Shown here piece after piece: positions 12,426 through 24,929 of a stretch of DNA of 64,000 nucleotides. Position numbers and translations under genes: made by a program. Below the pieces are notes generated by a model that was not told the origin of the DNA, ran no database searches, and was given only the letters and a program-made list of their open reading frames with translations. The DNA comes from Octopus sinensis (lineage: Eukaryota), in contig NC_043003.1 of NCBI RefSeq assembly GCF_006345805.1, positions 80,848,001 to 80,912,000 on the forward strand. Direction: 5' to 3'. Each line of letters begins with the position of its first letter. Position 1 is the first letter of the stretch.

Positions 12426-12607
12426 TCAACGTCTTATCGTCAGTAGAAATATTGGTTTTAACTTTTGACACAAGGCCGGCAATTTCGGGCGAGGAGAGTA
12501 AGTCGATTCCATCGACATCAATGCTTAACTGGAAATTATTTTATCTACTTTTAAGGTATTAAAAGCAAAATGGTATTTGAGATCAGAAAGAAATTGCAAT
12601 AATTTAA

Positions 12608-12609
12608 TG

Positions 12610-12663
<54 letters not shown>

Positions 12664-12830
12664 GCAACAACAACAACAACAACAACAGCAGCAACAGCAA
12701 CAACAGCAACAGCAACAACGACAACGACGACGATGACGATGACGATGACGATGATGATAATAATAATAATAATATTGATTATAATAATAATGATGATGAT
12801 AATAATAATAATGTTGATAATAATAATAAT
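12608..12830. repeat. Compound (AAT/AAC/GAC/GAT)n tract
   Basis: Directly visible. Confidence 0.95.
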
Positions 12831-12832
12831 GA

Positions 12833-13403
12833 AGAGGGATCTGTATGCACTGGAAACTATGCCAACACTACGGAATAACAACAGAAAAAAAGATGGTATA
12901 TGCACCCGCCAGAAAAGGTCACACAAAAGTGGGAAAGCGCCATAGTATGGGATATGCCAATATACACAGATGGGGAAATTAAGGCCAGTACACTAGATAT
13001 TGTTGACAGAGATCATGATAACAAAATGCTTTCTAATCGAATTATCAATGCCAACAGATGACAACGTTTCTCTTAAAGAAATGAAGAAACTATCAAAAAT
13101 ACAAAAACCTGGAAATTGAGGTAACTTGAATGTGGAATCTACTAACAAAAACAATTCCTATCATAGTAGGCGCGTTACGTATGGTAAAAACAATATTCAG
13201 ACAAATATATAACAAAAACACCAGGACTTGCAAGTATATATAACAAGCAGAAAATAGCACTACTAGGCATCGCACACATCCTACGTAAAACACTTCCAAC
13301 ACAATAATAATAAGAGCATCTCAACAAACACAGCACGTACCCAAGGTACACAGAGCTGCACTCGGTAGTGAAGTGAAAGCACTTGATAAAAACAAGACTA
13401 GTG
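12833..13403 (+). mobile_element. 5'-truncated R4/Dong-clade non-LTR retrotransposon (RLE domain plus 3' UTR)
   Basis: Frameshifted HWKLCQHYGITTEKRWY..PEKVT...WDMPIYTD.EIKA..DIV.RDH...KNLEIEVT*MWNL..KTIPIIVGAL...KIALLGIAHILRKTL; closely matches 41735-42330 including the 3' UTR; bounded by (AAT)n on both sides. Confidence 0.9.
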
Positions 13404-13572
13404 AATAATAATAATAATAATGATACTAATAATAATAATAATAATAATAATAATAGTAATAGTAATAATAATAATAAAAATATAAATAATAATAATAAAA
13501 CAAAAATAATAATAACAATAATAATAATAATAATAATAATAAAATTAAAATAATAATAACAATAAAAATAAC

Positions 13573-13630
<58 letters not shown>

Positions 13631-13664
13631 GTACAAAATAATAATAATAATAATAATAATAATG

Positions 13665-13709
<45 letters not shown>

Positions 13710-13747
13710 TAATAATAATAATAATAATAATAATATAATAATAATAA
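13404..13747. repeat. (AAT)n tract (tail and/or target of the Dong copy)
   Basis: Directly visible. Confidence 0.95.
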
Positions 13748-13876
13748 TGTTGAAGCATCTTAACGAAAGTTGGTTCTGTTGGTAGTCTTGATTTTGTGTA
13801 TCCAGTTCTGTAAGGTTGACCAGGAAGTTTTTCAATATGCAAAAAGGGATATAAATAATTCATCTTTCAATAAATC

Positions 13877-14830
13877 TTATTCAATAAAATAATTTCTGTT
13901 ATTGCTAATGACCTTTGACCATCTATCAGGCAATTTAAATATTCCATCATCATAAAATTTGACTGGTTTTTAAGAAAAAAATGTTACCTAGATATATTTT
14001 GACTTTCTAAATCATTAAATGTTTTTCCTTGCAATGAGTTCTGTAGGGACAAAAACATGTGGTATTCAGATGTCACACTATCAGGAGATGGGGTAAGTGA
14101 TCCTAGCCAATTTCATGTATCTTTGTTTGGGCAACCAAAGACATATGTGATCGAGTAATGTCTTGTTGGAACACAACCCCTTTCTTGTTGGCAATCTCTA
14201 GCTGAAATCTCTTATTTATTGGTTCAAACTGGCCAGCTGACGACAGCAAACATCAAGTCTAGTTTTGTGGGAGAAACTCATAATAAATAATGCCTTTATG
14301 ATCGCATGAAACACAAACATAGCTGTTTTTGAATGGATATTCGTGTGTACTTGCTGTTTTGAGGCACCCTCACATAAACTCCAAGTTGTTTCAAGAATGG
14401 CATGCTTTCATTCTGTTTCAAAAGCATATCACAAAAGGAATACGAGTCAAAGCAATTCTTTTCTGAGAGTTTATGAGGGATTCATACATTATGACGAGAA
14501 ATTTATTCTAGCTTCATTAGGTGTTCATGAACTGTACTTTTAGAAATTTCCAACTCCTCTGCAAGTTCTCTAATCATGATATTTGAATTTTCTTGATTTT
14601 TGCCTTCAAAGCATCTCCATCCAATTGTGAAGATCTTCCACTGCGACTGTCATCTTCCAAGCTAAACTTTCCTGCTTTAAATTTTGCAAATAACCTGTGA
14701 ATAGTTCATTCACCTACAACATAATCACCATAAACTAGACAAATGTTTTTGCAAGTCATTGCAGTATTTTCTCCATTTTCTTAAATAAGAAAAGCATTAC
14801 AATGCGAACTTAAAATTTTTGGTTATCCAT
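13877..14830 (-). mobile_element. Decayed mariner transposase
   Basis: Minus strand: MDNQKF...KNICLVYGDYVVGE*TIHRLFAKFKAGKFSLEDDSRSGRS...; SPDSVTSEYHMF (the YSPDLAPSDYHLF motif); C-terminal KPVKFYDDGIFKLPDRWSKVISNN...IE*. TIRs not identified. Confidence 0.85.
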
Positions 14831-15639
14831 TTCAAATGTCAATAGGGGGTAACCGGAATGAAAGACAAAACTATTTTTAGTCAGGAACAAAGAAAAGATG
14901 CACTACTAGATTAAGCAATGCCAACGTTTTAAGTGTGTTACATTTCTGGAGTGTTTAATCAAGCGTTAAACGCTCAGAACTTTCCTTCAAAATTCGACAC
15001 CTTCTAAAATGTTGATTACTAACATAACCCAGTGCAACAATAAGTAACGATTGAAATGGGATTTATAAAACGTGTAGAGAGTTGAAAATTTATGGAAAAC
15101 TGTCCATAAATATTCTCTTTCTTTTGAAAGAAATTTTGACATCCAGGTAGTAGCATATTGACTCTGATTGTACCTAGTTTCTTTCTTTTCTGTTCTTTTC
15201 GTCCTAAACAACTACAAAGACAATTCTGCTGTACCTGCACTTGGTGGAACTTCTGAAGCAAATCAAATATGAATACCACTAGCTAATTTATTGACTGCGT
15301 ACAAGTTATTTCGTTGGGATGACAGCTGTCGTAATCGAATTTGCTACTATGAGCACTCAACTAAATTTTGTATACAAGCCATACAAAAAAATACTACAGG
15401 GAATCCTAGCCAACGGACGAAACAACAGAGACGTGCCTACGTGTTCGCTCGCCCTGCTAGAATAGCAAATATATATATATCTCAAATGAAACTACTGTCG
15501 TCTTATACACTAGTTGATAGAATAGAAAATGTAATCAGCAATTCACATAAGGCTTCAGTAAATTATGTAAACTGATCCCAGATTTGCTATATCAGGGACG
15601 AACCAGTGCTAAAGCAACAACAAAAACCAACAAAAACTA

Positions 15640-15696
15640 CTACTACCACCACCAAAACCACAACCACCACCACCACCACTACTACTACTACTACTA

Positions 15697-15727
<31 letters not shown>

Positions 15728-15795
15728 GCTACTACTACTTCGTCTTCTTCTTCTTCTTCTTCTTCTTCTTCTTCTTCTTCTTCTTCTTCTTCTGC
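15640..15795. repeat. Compound (ACC/ACT/TCT)n tract
   Basis: Directly visible. Confidence 0.95.
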
Positions 15796-16444
15796 TGCTG
15801 TTGCTGCTACGAGAGTGAGAAACATAATCCAAGAAAAAGGAAAGGAAAGCGAAAAGCGAGCAATCCCTAAAAACAAAACTATGAAGAACATCTTTGTCAT
15901 ACAAACAAAGGAAGAATTTGGATTCCGGACTTCAAAGGTTTTAGAGAATATATTACAAGTTACTTTACTAAAGACAAGACAGCTTAATCCCTCATAAAAG
16001 CATCAATGATCACATCTTCATTAAAATATTAATAAGAAAATAATAATGTTAGAAAGACAAAAAAAAAACAACCATAACGAACATACACACATGTACAGAT
16101 TACCCGGCTCATTCACCAAAAGGGAAAACATCAATCATTTCACATTTCTATATTTGCAAGATATCGACTAGAATTAAATTTACATTCCATTAATCCTTTA
16201 AAAACTCAACAAATGATTGTTATTAAAGCAAGAAATGTATAAACGTCGACAAAAGGAAATGTAAGAAGAAAGCAAATCAAAGAGAAGTAATGAAGAAATT
16301 GGTGAAATACGTATGTGTATGTGGACGCGTCTGTGTGTGTGTGTGTAAGTATGAATGTTTATACGTTTGTATATATATGTGTGTGTTCGTTCGTGTGTGT
16401 ACAAATACATTATGTCTCTGAGCGCGGGTGCGTGTCTATGTGTA

Positions 16445-16600
16445 GAGTAACGTGGCTTAGCAGTTAGTGTGTTGCACTCATGATCGTAAGACTGTGGTTT
16501 TGTTCCTGAAGTGTGCAATAAATTATCTTCTTGAGCGTTGAGTTCATTTCCCATCGCTGCAGTAATCCTGCGATGGACTGTAGTCCCGTCCAGGACTAGG
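16445..16600 (+). mobile_element. Decayed SINE family D
   Basis: GTGGCTTAGCAGTTAGTGTGT...CATGATCGTAAGA and CTGCGATGGACTG match 43960-44195. Confidence 0.6.
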
Positions 16601-16689
16601 TTTACTCGTTGCAGTCATTAGACATTGGCCATAATGTAGCACAACATTTAAGAAATGTTTAGACCGATGAATCGACTCCAGCACATTGT

Positions 16690-16800
16690 TTGGAAGCCTG
16701 GTACTTATTTTGTCTCTCTCTTTTGCCGAACAAGTTGCGGGGACGTAAACACACCAACACCAGTTGTCAAGTGGTGAGCAAGGGACAAACACAAACTCAC
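16690..16800 (-). mobile_element. SINE family B 3' fragment
   Basis: TCTCTTTTGCCGAAC..GCGGGGACGTAAACACACCAACACCAGTTGTCAAG matches the family B tail. Confidence 0.7.
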
Positions 16801-16859
16801 AGAAACATATATTTATATATCACTCCGTTTCGCTCTCTCTGTCTGCCTTTCACTCACAG

Positions 16860-17200
16860 TCGAAAGACACCTGTTGTTGTGTCCTGTTATTTGTATTTGT
16901 GTAACATTCTCCATTTTTTCCCGTTCAGGTTCTCGAATACATTCGCTCCTTTCTCCCAAGGACTCTAATAGTTTTTAGCTTAGTTTTTTCTTGGAGTTGG
17001 CCAGATTTGAGCAAGCTCGAGTATAACCAGCCGAAATAGCAAAGATAATCTGGAACTCGAATGAGGAAAGAAAACTCCGAATGACCTGTCCTTGTTTTCT
17101 TTGTATCGGCTATCTAGGTGTTTTCTTGTCCATTTTTTTTGTATTAACTAACTGTCTAGATGTTTTGCGTTCTTGTCCCATTTTGTATTTTACTCTTTTA
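16860..17200 (+). repeat. Longer copy of the repeat at 10805-10980 (possibly a Penelope-like terminus)
   Basis: Internal homology to the 10.8-kb copy. Confidence 0.55.
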
Positions 17201-17204
17201 CCCT

Positions 17205-17416
17205 TTTACTTGTTTCAGTCATTTGACTGTGGCCATGCAGGAGCACGCCTTTAGTCGAGGAAATCGACCCCAGGACTTATTCTTTTTAAGCCTAGTACTT
17301 ATTCAATCGGTCTCTTTTGCTGAACCGCTATGTTAAGGGGCCGTAAGCACACCAGCATCGGTTGTCAAGCGATGTTGGGGGAGATAAACACGGATACACA
17401 AACACACACACACACA

Positions 17417-17496
<80 letters not shown>

Positions 17497-17650
17497 CATA
17501 TATACGTTGGGATTCTTTCAGTTTCCGTCTACCAAATCCAATCACAAGGCTTTGGTCGGCCCGAGGCTATAGTAGAAGACACTTGGCCAAGGTGCCACGC
17601 AATGGGACTGAACCCGGAAGCACGTGGTTCGTAAGCAAGCTACTTACCAC
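17205..17650 (-). mobile_element. SINE family B (tRNA head, CORE-like domain, internal (TA)n(TG)n, 3' tail)
   Basis: Reverse complement: TGTGGTAAGTAGCTTGCT..GGTTCAGTCCCA (A/B boxes), GGCACCTTGGCCAAGTGTCTTCT (CORE-like), microsatellite, tail ending GAAACAAGTAAAAG. Confidence 0.9.
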
Positions 17651-18556
17651 AAACGTCATATATGTATGAAGAGGGAAGAGGGATGGGGAGATAGATAACT
17701 CTATTGATAAATAGGTATTGTACTGTTCTATATATACCTATGTATGTAAACTGGTGCTTGCAACTGTCTATGGTAATCTATGATTAGAAGAGAAGTTGTT
17801 GGGTTAGTAGAGTGAAACATAGGAAATGAAACGATGTTCAATGATAATTTTCAAATTTATTCCTATGACTCTTGCATTATCGAACTACATCTTGATGTAA
17901 AAGTACAGGAAACATTAACAAACATTTCATTTAATCAAGTTACTCACCTGACTTTAAGTAGTTCTTTTATTAATTGAGATATGACAATTAATTTTCCAGA
18001 CGACGGGAAAAGCAAAAAACACATCCTTTGCAGTACATGTATAACAGCTTAGAATGAATTTCTCATGCATGATTTTCGCGTTTACATACATATACATACG
18101 CCTTCTTTGAATTTTCACTCTCTGCCTATCACTTTATCTCTCATTTTGTCTCTCGAAATTATGTTCGATGTAGTGCTAGATATGCAATAGCGTTACTTAT
18201 GTTATAGCTAAGGTAATTATTCTCTGTTTGAGATATCCACTTGTACTTTTTCACAATATAGCACTGAAATAGTATTTGCTAACAGAGCCGTAGCATACAA
18301 GTATAAACGTGCACGTTCATCCACACAGAGAAACATATGTGCCTGCACACAATCACAAACTCATACACAAGTATACAAAAGTTTATAGTCTACTCTGAGT
18401 TTTGCTGAGGAGGGTAGGATTGTTTCCATTTATGAGATAAAATTGTCTGCAGCTTATATAAAAATGTGTCGATCTTCTAGATGGGTGCCTGGTGGAAGAG
18501 TGACATAATTATTATAAAGTATTTTTCAAGCATTACGAATGGTATATTACATTCAG

Positions 18557-18728
18557 ATTATGGCACAAGGCCACCAACCTCGGGTATGAGGGTAAGCCGA
18601 TTAAATCTACCCCAAAGCTCATCAGATACTTATTTTATCGAAACCCAAATGGTGAAATGCAAGGTCGATCTCGGTGGCATTCGAAACCCGGAGGTGCTGG
18701 GCATTTTGTCTGGCGAGCTAACAATTCT
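18557..18728 (-). mobile_element. Older SINE family A copy, interrupted near its head by the dimer
   Basis: GGCACAAGGCC tail to CTGGCGAGCTAACAATTCT head. Confidence 0.65.
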
Positions 18729-19142
18729 ATTTCTTTATTAACCACAAGGGGATAAACATAGAGAGGACAAACAAGGACAGATAAACGGATTAAGTCGATT
18801 ATATCGACCCCAGTGTGTAACTGGTACTTAGTTTATCGACCCCGAAAGAATGAAAGGCAAAGTCGACCTCGGCGGAATTTGAACTCAGAACGTAGCGGCA
18901 GACGAAATACGTATTTCTTTACTACTCACAAGGGGCTAAACACAGAGGAGACAAACAAAGACAGACAGGCGGATTAAGTCGATTATATCGACCCCAGTGC
19001 GTAACTGGTACTTGATTTATTGACCCCAAAAGGATGAAAGGCAAAGTCGACCTCGGCGGAATTTGAACTCAGAACGTAACGGCAGACGAAATACGGCTAC
19101 GCATTTCGCCCTGCGTGCTATGGTTTCTTCCAGCTCACCGCC
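18729..19142 (-). mobile_element. SINE family A multimer: head plus 2 tandem units (184 and ~181 bp)
   Basis: Units 18911-19094 and ~18730-18910; the head ends in CAGCTCACCGCC at 19142. Confidence 0.9.
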
Positions 19143-19857
19143 TTATTTAACGTAGCTACGGGCGAAATACTGCTAAGTATTTCGTCCAGCGAGGTAACGA
19201 TTTTGGCAACTCGCAGCCTTACACTGTACATATGATATTAAAACTTATATTTAAAGTGTATGTTATTACAAATAGGTTGAGACACTCCTTAACTGTACAC
19301 GTCTTTTGAATTACATATCCACTTTACCCATTAAATCCCACTGTCCTATAAATAGGACACTAAATGAGAACATTAAATAAGCTATATCACATTGTTTCAG
19401 TGTCCTGGAGTATTTCCATTTCTACTTGAAGTAAGGGAGTTTTAATATTTAAAAATGTTTTTAACTTATTTTCAATCATCTGTAAAAAATTAAAGTAATA
19501 TTCAGAAATTTAAGCACTGTGGGACTTAATAGAAATCGTTAGCGGGAGACTAAATTATTGCGGTTCACGTTTGTTCTGGTTCGAATGACAAATTTTAATT
19601 AACGTTGTTAGAAAGAAGTTAAAGTTTGAATATTGTTTATTCTCCCGTTTCAGAAGACAAATTTGTGCAAATCCTAAATCTAGCTAATGTTAGGAAAAGA
19701 GCTTTGCCTTCAATTGTTTTCTCACATTTATATGAGTACAAATACAAAATAATTACAAGTTCTCTCTCGCTCTCCGTCTCTCTCCCCATCTTTCTCATTC
19801 TAGCTATCTAATCTATTTACCATTCAGTTCATATCTCACTCTCTCTCACTCTTTCGC

Positions 19858-19898
<41 letters not shown>

Positions 19899-20711
19899 TA
19901 CAAACACACACAAAACATACACAAGGACGTAGATGTGAATGGGAGAAATTCCAATGAAGCAGTCCCAATGTGCTTTTCTTTATTGTGCAATAAAATCCAA
20001 TGTCATTTGTTTTACGAAAATCCTGTGATTATGTGCTAGGGCAAAAGTACACTTTTACTACAGCAAACGACGCCAATGTAATCCATAATTTATGTGTAGA
20101 CGAGCTAAATATATCTACACTGGAAACATTTACACTGCTGAGAAAATACTTGCCTTAGTAACAAGGCTTACTGCTGATACAAGAATGGAATTTGTCCAAA
20201 AGAAATCTTCATATTTGGTAGTTGAACGCAGAAAAATTGATTCCTGAACACCAAAGCTATTCACCATGAATGCGTCTTTCTATCGTTTCCTTATGAATAG
20301 TATGCATGTCTAGATACTAATGATAGCATATCAATCAAACTTTCTGTGAATGCAGATAAAGCAAAGAATACTATACTCCACCCCGCAACACATATAGCTG
20401 TCGGAGTTTTCCTTTTACAATATCATAATATCCCACAATGCATTTATAGTTGCATGGCATAAAAATATTTGCGATATTTGACTAGTCCATAGATAGAATG
20501 TATCCATAGGCATTAATACATACAAGACTGATATCAACTGGATGGTAGTAATGTTGACAAGCTTTATTTGAGAAAAAGGTAGGGTGAGGTTAAATTCGAC
20601 CCAGGGGTCCGGTGAAAGATTACAATAATACTCTAATACCAGACACCAGTATACTTATACGTATTTATCTATTTACATATGTACAAACCCCATTTGTGAA
20701 CTTCTTACAAG

Positions 20712-20801
<90 letters not shown>

Positions 20802-20987
20802 TATTTATATGTATATATATTAGAAAAAAAAACACCTTATATCAATTCAATAATGAAAAATTAAATTATACCATTTAGAAAAATTACATATTATAGAAAG
20901 AGTAATTATAAGTTAAAACATAACAATGATTAAGTAATGTGCAAAATAGTAAATAAAACGTATATATATATATATAATATATATATA

Positions 20988-21025
<38 letters not shown>

Positions 21026-21668
21026 CACTAATCACTTTTATTTCAAGATTTCTGACCAATAGAGTAAGTGGCAGTTTCTAAACTGGATCCAAGGCTCCTT
21101 CATTGGAATATGAACAACTTCAACAGAGTATTTTTGTATGTATGTGTCTATGTATACGTGAAGATTTGTATGTTTTATTTTATGTATGTCTTCTGATGCA
21201 AATAGTTGCACATCTTATACTGAAATTGCGATTTCTGCCTGTCTGTCTGTCTATCTGTCTGTCCGTCTTTCTGTTCCTCTTTTGCTGTCCAAACCAGGGA
21301 GCCAATCTCCACCGAACTTTGTATACATGCTGAACTAACATCCAGTTCAATTATGGGCTAATTGGATTTCAATAAAAATCGATAATGAATCGACTACAGG
21401 GTTTGAGGTATTACATGATAAAATGAGCGTGTTGCAAAATTGTTTGATTCAGGGTGATGTGGCATGATAAGGGTGTGTGACATCGGGGAAGGGGAGGAGA
21501 CAGGGAATGTAACAGACAGACAGTGAAAACGACAGGGACACTTCGATATATATATAAGAAATTTTTTATGTGTGTATGTGTGTGTGTATGTGTATGTGTG
21601 TGTATGTGTGTGTATGTGTATGTGTGTGTCTGTGTGTGTGTGTGTGTGTGTGTGTATCTTCCTTTATA

Positions 21669-23107
21669 CATTCGAAAACTGAGTTGCTGATTTTGAGGTA
21701 TGGGGTATCAAAAGATTCAGTAATTTTACGACTGCCAAATAAACTTAATTTTCATGTTCATATTTGCATTACAAATCTTTTATATTGTAATCTTTTCCAT
21801 AAGTCAACTATCATAAATATTTTATGCCACGACGACAAGGACGACGACGTCAGATTTTCTGTATAAGTGTCTACCTTAAATGCATCCATTTCTCTATGTT
21901 ATCACGAAATACAGTAACTCACTCTCTCTCTCACATGCGCACACACACATATATACAAATAATACGTTTGCATATGTATTTATGCATGTGTATACAAAAT
22001 ATGTGTATGTGTGACACGGAGACATACAGAATGAGTGCCATTTACACATACATAACAATAGATATTTTCACTCACTCACTCTCTCTCCTTCTCTCTCTCT
22101 CACGCACACGCACACACACATACTTCAATTTCATATACATGTACATATATCTTTCAAATTCCCCTCTCATTCACTTGCTGCTCTTACTTGAAAGCAAATA
22201 TCACGGTTTCACTTTCTCTTCCCTTTCAATTTCTGCTCTCTTTGAAAGCATAAAGAAAGAAAAAAATTGCGGAAATTAACGAATACATTCAAGAACTGAG
22301 TTGCTGATTTTCACGTATGGGGTATCAAAAAATTCAGTAATCTTCCGGCTAAGAAATAAACTTTATTTTCATTTACATATTTACATAACAAAGATTTAAC
22401 ATAATAACCTTCCTATAATTCAACTATCCTAAACGATACCACGATGACAACCTCACATTTTCTATATGAGTGTGTACCTTAACAGTCATCTATTTCTCTA
22501 TACATTATGAAGAAATACAGTAACTAAACATTCTCTCTCACATGCACAGGAAAACATGCATACAAGAAAGATGTATGTATATGTATTTATATACGTGTAT
22601 ATGAAAGAAATTATTGATGCGTGAGAGGGAATATTTACACTTACGCGCAAAAAATACATACATAGCAACACACAGCTTCCCTCTCTATCTCTCTCACACA
22701 CACACGTTCGCTTCATATACACGTACATATAGCTTTCACTTTCTCCTGTCATTAATTTTCTTATTATTTTATTGCCCACAAGTGGCTAAACATAGAGGGG
22801 GCAAACAAGGACAGACAAAGGGATTCAGTCGATTACATCGACCCCAGTGCGTAACTGGTACTTAATTTATCGACCACGAAAGGATGAAAGACAAAGTCAA
22901 CTTTGGCGGAATTTGAACACAGAACGTAAAGACAGACGATATATCGTTAAGCATTTCGTCTAGCGTGGTAAAGGTTTTGCCAGCGCGCCGCCTTTCAGTT
23001 TCTGCTCTTACTTCAAAAGAAATGTCACCTTTTCACTTCCTCATCTCTTTCAATTTCTGCTCTCGTCAAAGCATAAAAATATTTAAAAATTACGAAAATT
23101 AACGAAC
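21669..23107 (+). repeat. Old local tandem duplication of a ~615-bp unit (21669-22284; second copy 22285-23107 contains a SINE)
   Basis: Collinear blocks in both copies, e.g. AACTGAGTTGCTGATTTT..GTATGGGGTATCAAAA.ATTCAGTAAT, GAAATACAGTAACT, TTTCAATTTCTGCTCTC, AAATTAACGAA. Confidence 0.85.
22767..22993 (-). mobile_element. SINE family A monomer (long-tail form) inside copy 2 of the duplication
   Basis: Full head plus one unit; absent from copy 1. Confidence 0.85.
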
Positions 23108-23430
23108 AGTCATATGATCCCGTATGATCGATCATATGATCGAGTTGACAACTTTCCTGTTTCAAAAGAAAGAATGCCGAAACGAACTTTGAAAAGCTAA
23201 TATCGATGCGTAGATACTTAGGTAAAAGTTTTTATTTTTTCATTCCCTTTGAAATTGCTTAAATTTTATAGTCTTCGGTCGTTTTGACTGTCTCCTAGCG
23301 TGTAGAAATTGCTTGTTATAGGCAATTTCTCTCTGTGTTTTAAAAGTACACTATTTTATATTGAATAATATGTCGTCCATTGACTTTTTACACATGCTAG
23401 GCCACTGATAGAGAAATTTGTAAACATTTA

Positions 23431-23511
<81 letters not shown>

Positions 23512-24149
23512 GTACCAGTTGAACAAAGTTAAAACATGGTCTGGTTTCCAGGGTTCTTTTATTATGGTATTTTAACATTAAAAAAATATTTAGTAATGCT
23601 CATAAATTTAAATTTGCACTTTCTTACATAGTTAAATCATCAAATTTCAAATGTGTTTTTGTGAAATTCGGTGTCCCTAGCGATACACTGAATATTTGAT
23701 AACTATCGAAACACTATTTGTTACTAAGTTATAGATTTCCATCTTCGTGTTCCAAGACACACTGATGTCTTGGCTTGAGATTTAGCGACAACAACGTTGT
23801 TTTTTTTTCTGAATAGAGAATAACAGGATACGGTCGGTCTGATATCCGGATCTAAATCGTAGTATGTCTCGCTGATTTTTCAGCTGGTTCTCAGATATTT
23901 TTAGCGATCTTGTGTTGACAATGTTGAATCTTCTTCGCATGCTTACTAAGTTTCGAAATGAAAATTCTCTAACAAAATCACTGTCTTTTCATTATTAGAT
24001 CTCCAATTTCCTTCGCATCTCATATCATTTACTGAACAATTATACAGACATATATGTTGAATTCCTTTACGATAATTATAATGATTATTAAGGCGGTGAC
24101 TTAACAGAATTGTTGAGCACTGGAGTCGATGTAATTAACTAGTCTCCTT

Positions 24150-24890
24150 CCAAAAAATCGGAGAACTCTTGCTGTTCTTCAGTCAATCCTGATTTTCTAG
24201 GTGTTCTATCTTTACAGCTGTACCAATCCTTTTAAGCCCTGTTGGTGGTTGATCCTCGATCCTGATACTTTGCTATTTTCTCTATACTTTACAAATTGAC
24301 GCCCTCATAACTTGGTACTGTTAAATCCCTTGTCTGGGATAGTCTATTCTCTTTGCTGAATACTACTAAATCAGGTTTTCTAGTTTCGATTACTCTGTCA
24401 GACTAGATGTTAAAACCCCATATCTTACATTTTGTTTTACTTTCTAGCATTTGACTAAGTTAACGTTAATACCACTTATCCGTATGGTGATATCTTCGCT
24501 TTCTCCCATGGTTGTATGTTTCTCCATGTATTCTTTTTTTCAGTGTATGTAAAAGTGAATGTAAAATTCACTAACACCTTCCTCTTTTGATTTACTTAAC
24601 CCACATTGGGAATCTACCAGACTTTTGTTTGTTTTGTCTTTTATCCATTTAGTTCTCAATGATTGATCTTATGCTCTTACTAAACAAATAAAACTCTCTC
24701 TCTCTGTCTCTCTCTCCCTCTCTCTCTTTTAAGCCTTCCTTTCTGCAATCATAGCCATAGCTCACTATTACTAATTCCTGCCTCTATCTTTGAAAACCTA
24801 GCATGCAAAGCCTTCTATTGCGGGTCAGATAATTTTTCTTCTTTCTGGTTCTTAACTTCATTTGGATTTCGGATTTCTCTATCTCCTACT
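24150..24890 (-). mobile_element. Decayed R4/Dong-like fragment (second subfamily): zinc knuckle and RLE region
   Basis: Minus strand: KALHARF...LWL*LQKGRLK, DQSLRTKWIK...SQCGL, KIWGFNI*SDRVIETRKPDLVV...EKIAKYQD. Confidence 0.75.
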
Positions 24891-24929
24891 GTTACTCGGC
24901 ATTTCAGTAGCATAACACCAACTATTTGG

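Noticed and set aside
14987-15279. Two overlapping minus-strand ORFs that look protein-like
   Set aside because: No recognisable family, no convincing splice-site pair, and adjacent to transposon debris.
21040-21115. Minus-strand CCAATGA...GAAAC hammerhead-like motif
   Set aside because: The core lacks G5 and the stems do not pair.
22249-22314. 66-nt AG...GT segment as a duplicated coding exon
   Set aside because: Stops in all three frames; kept only as a possible non-coding module.
23760-23990. Minus-strand frame with RFRSGYQTDRI, like the LINE RT motif GFR.GYST.DHI
   Set aside because: A single weak motif; the flanking RT motifs are not recognisable.
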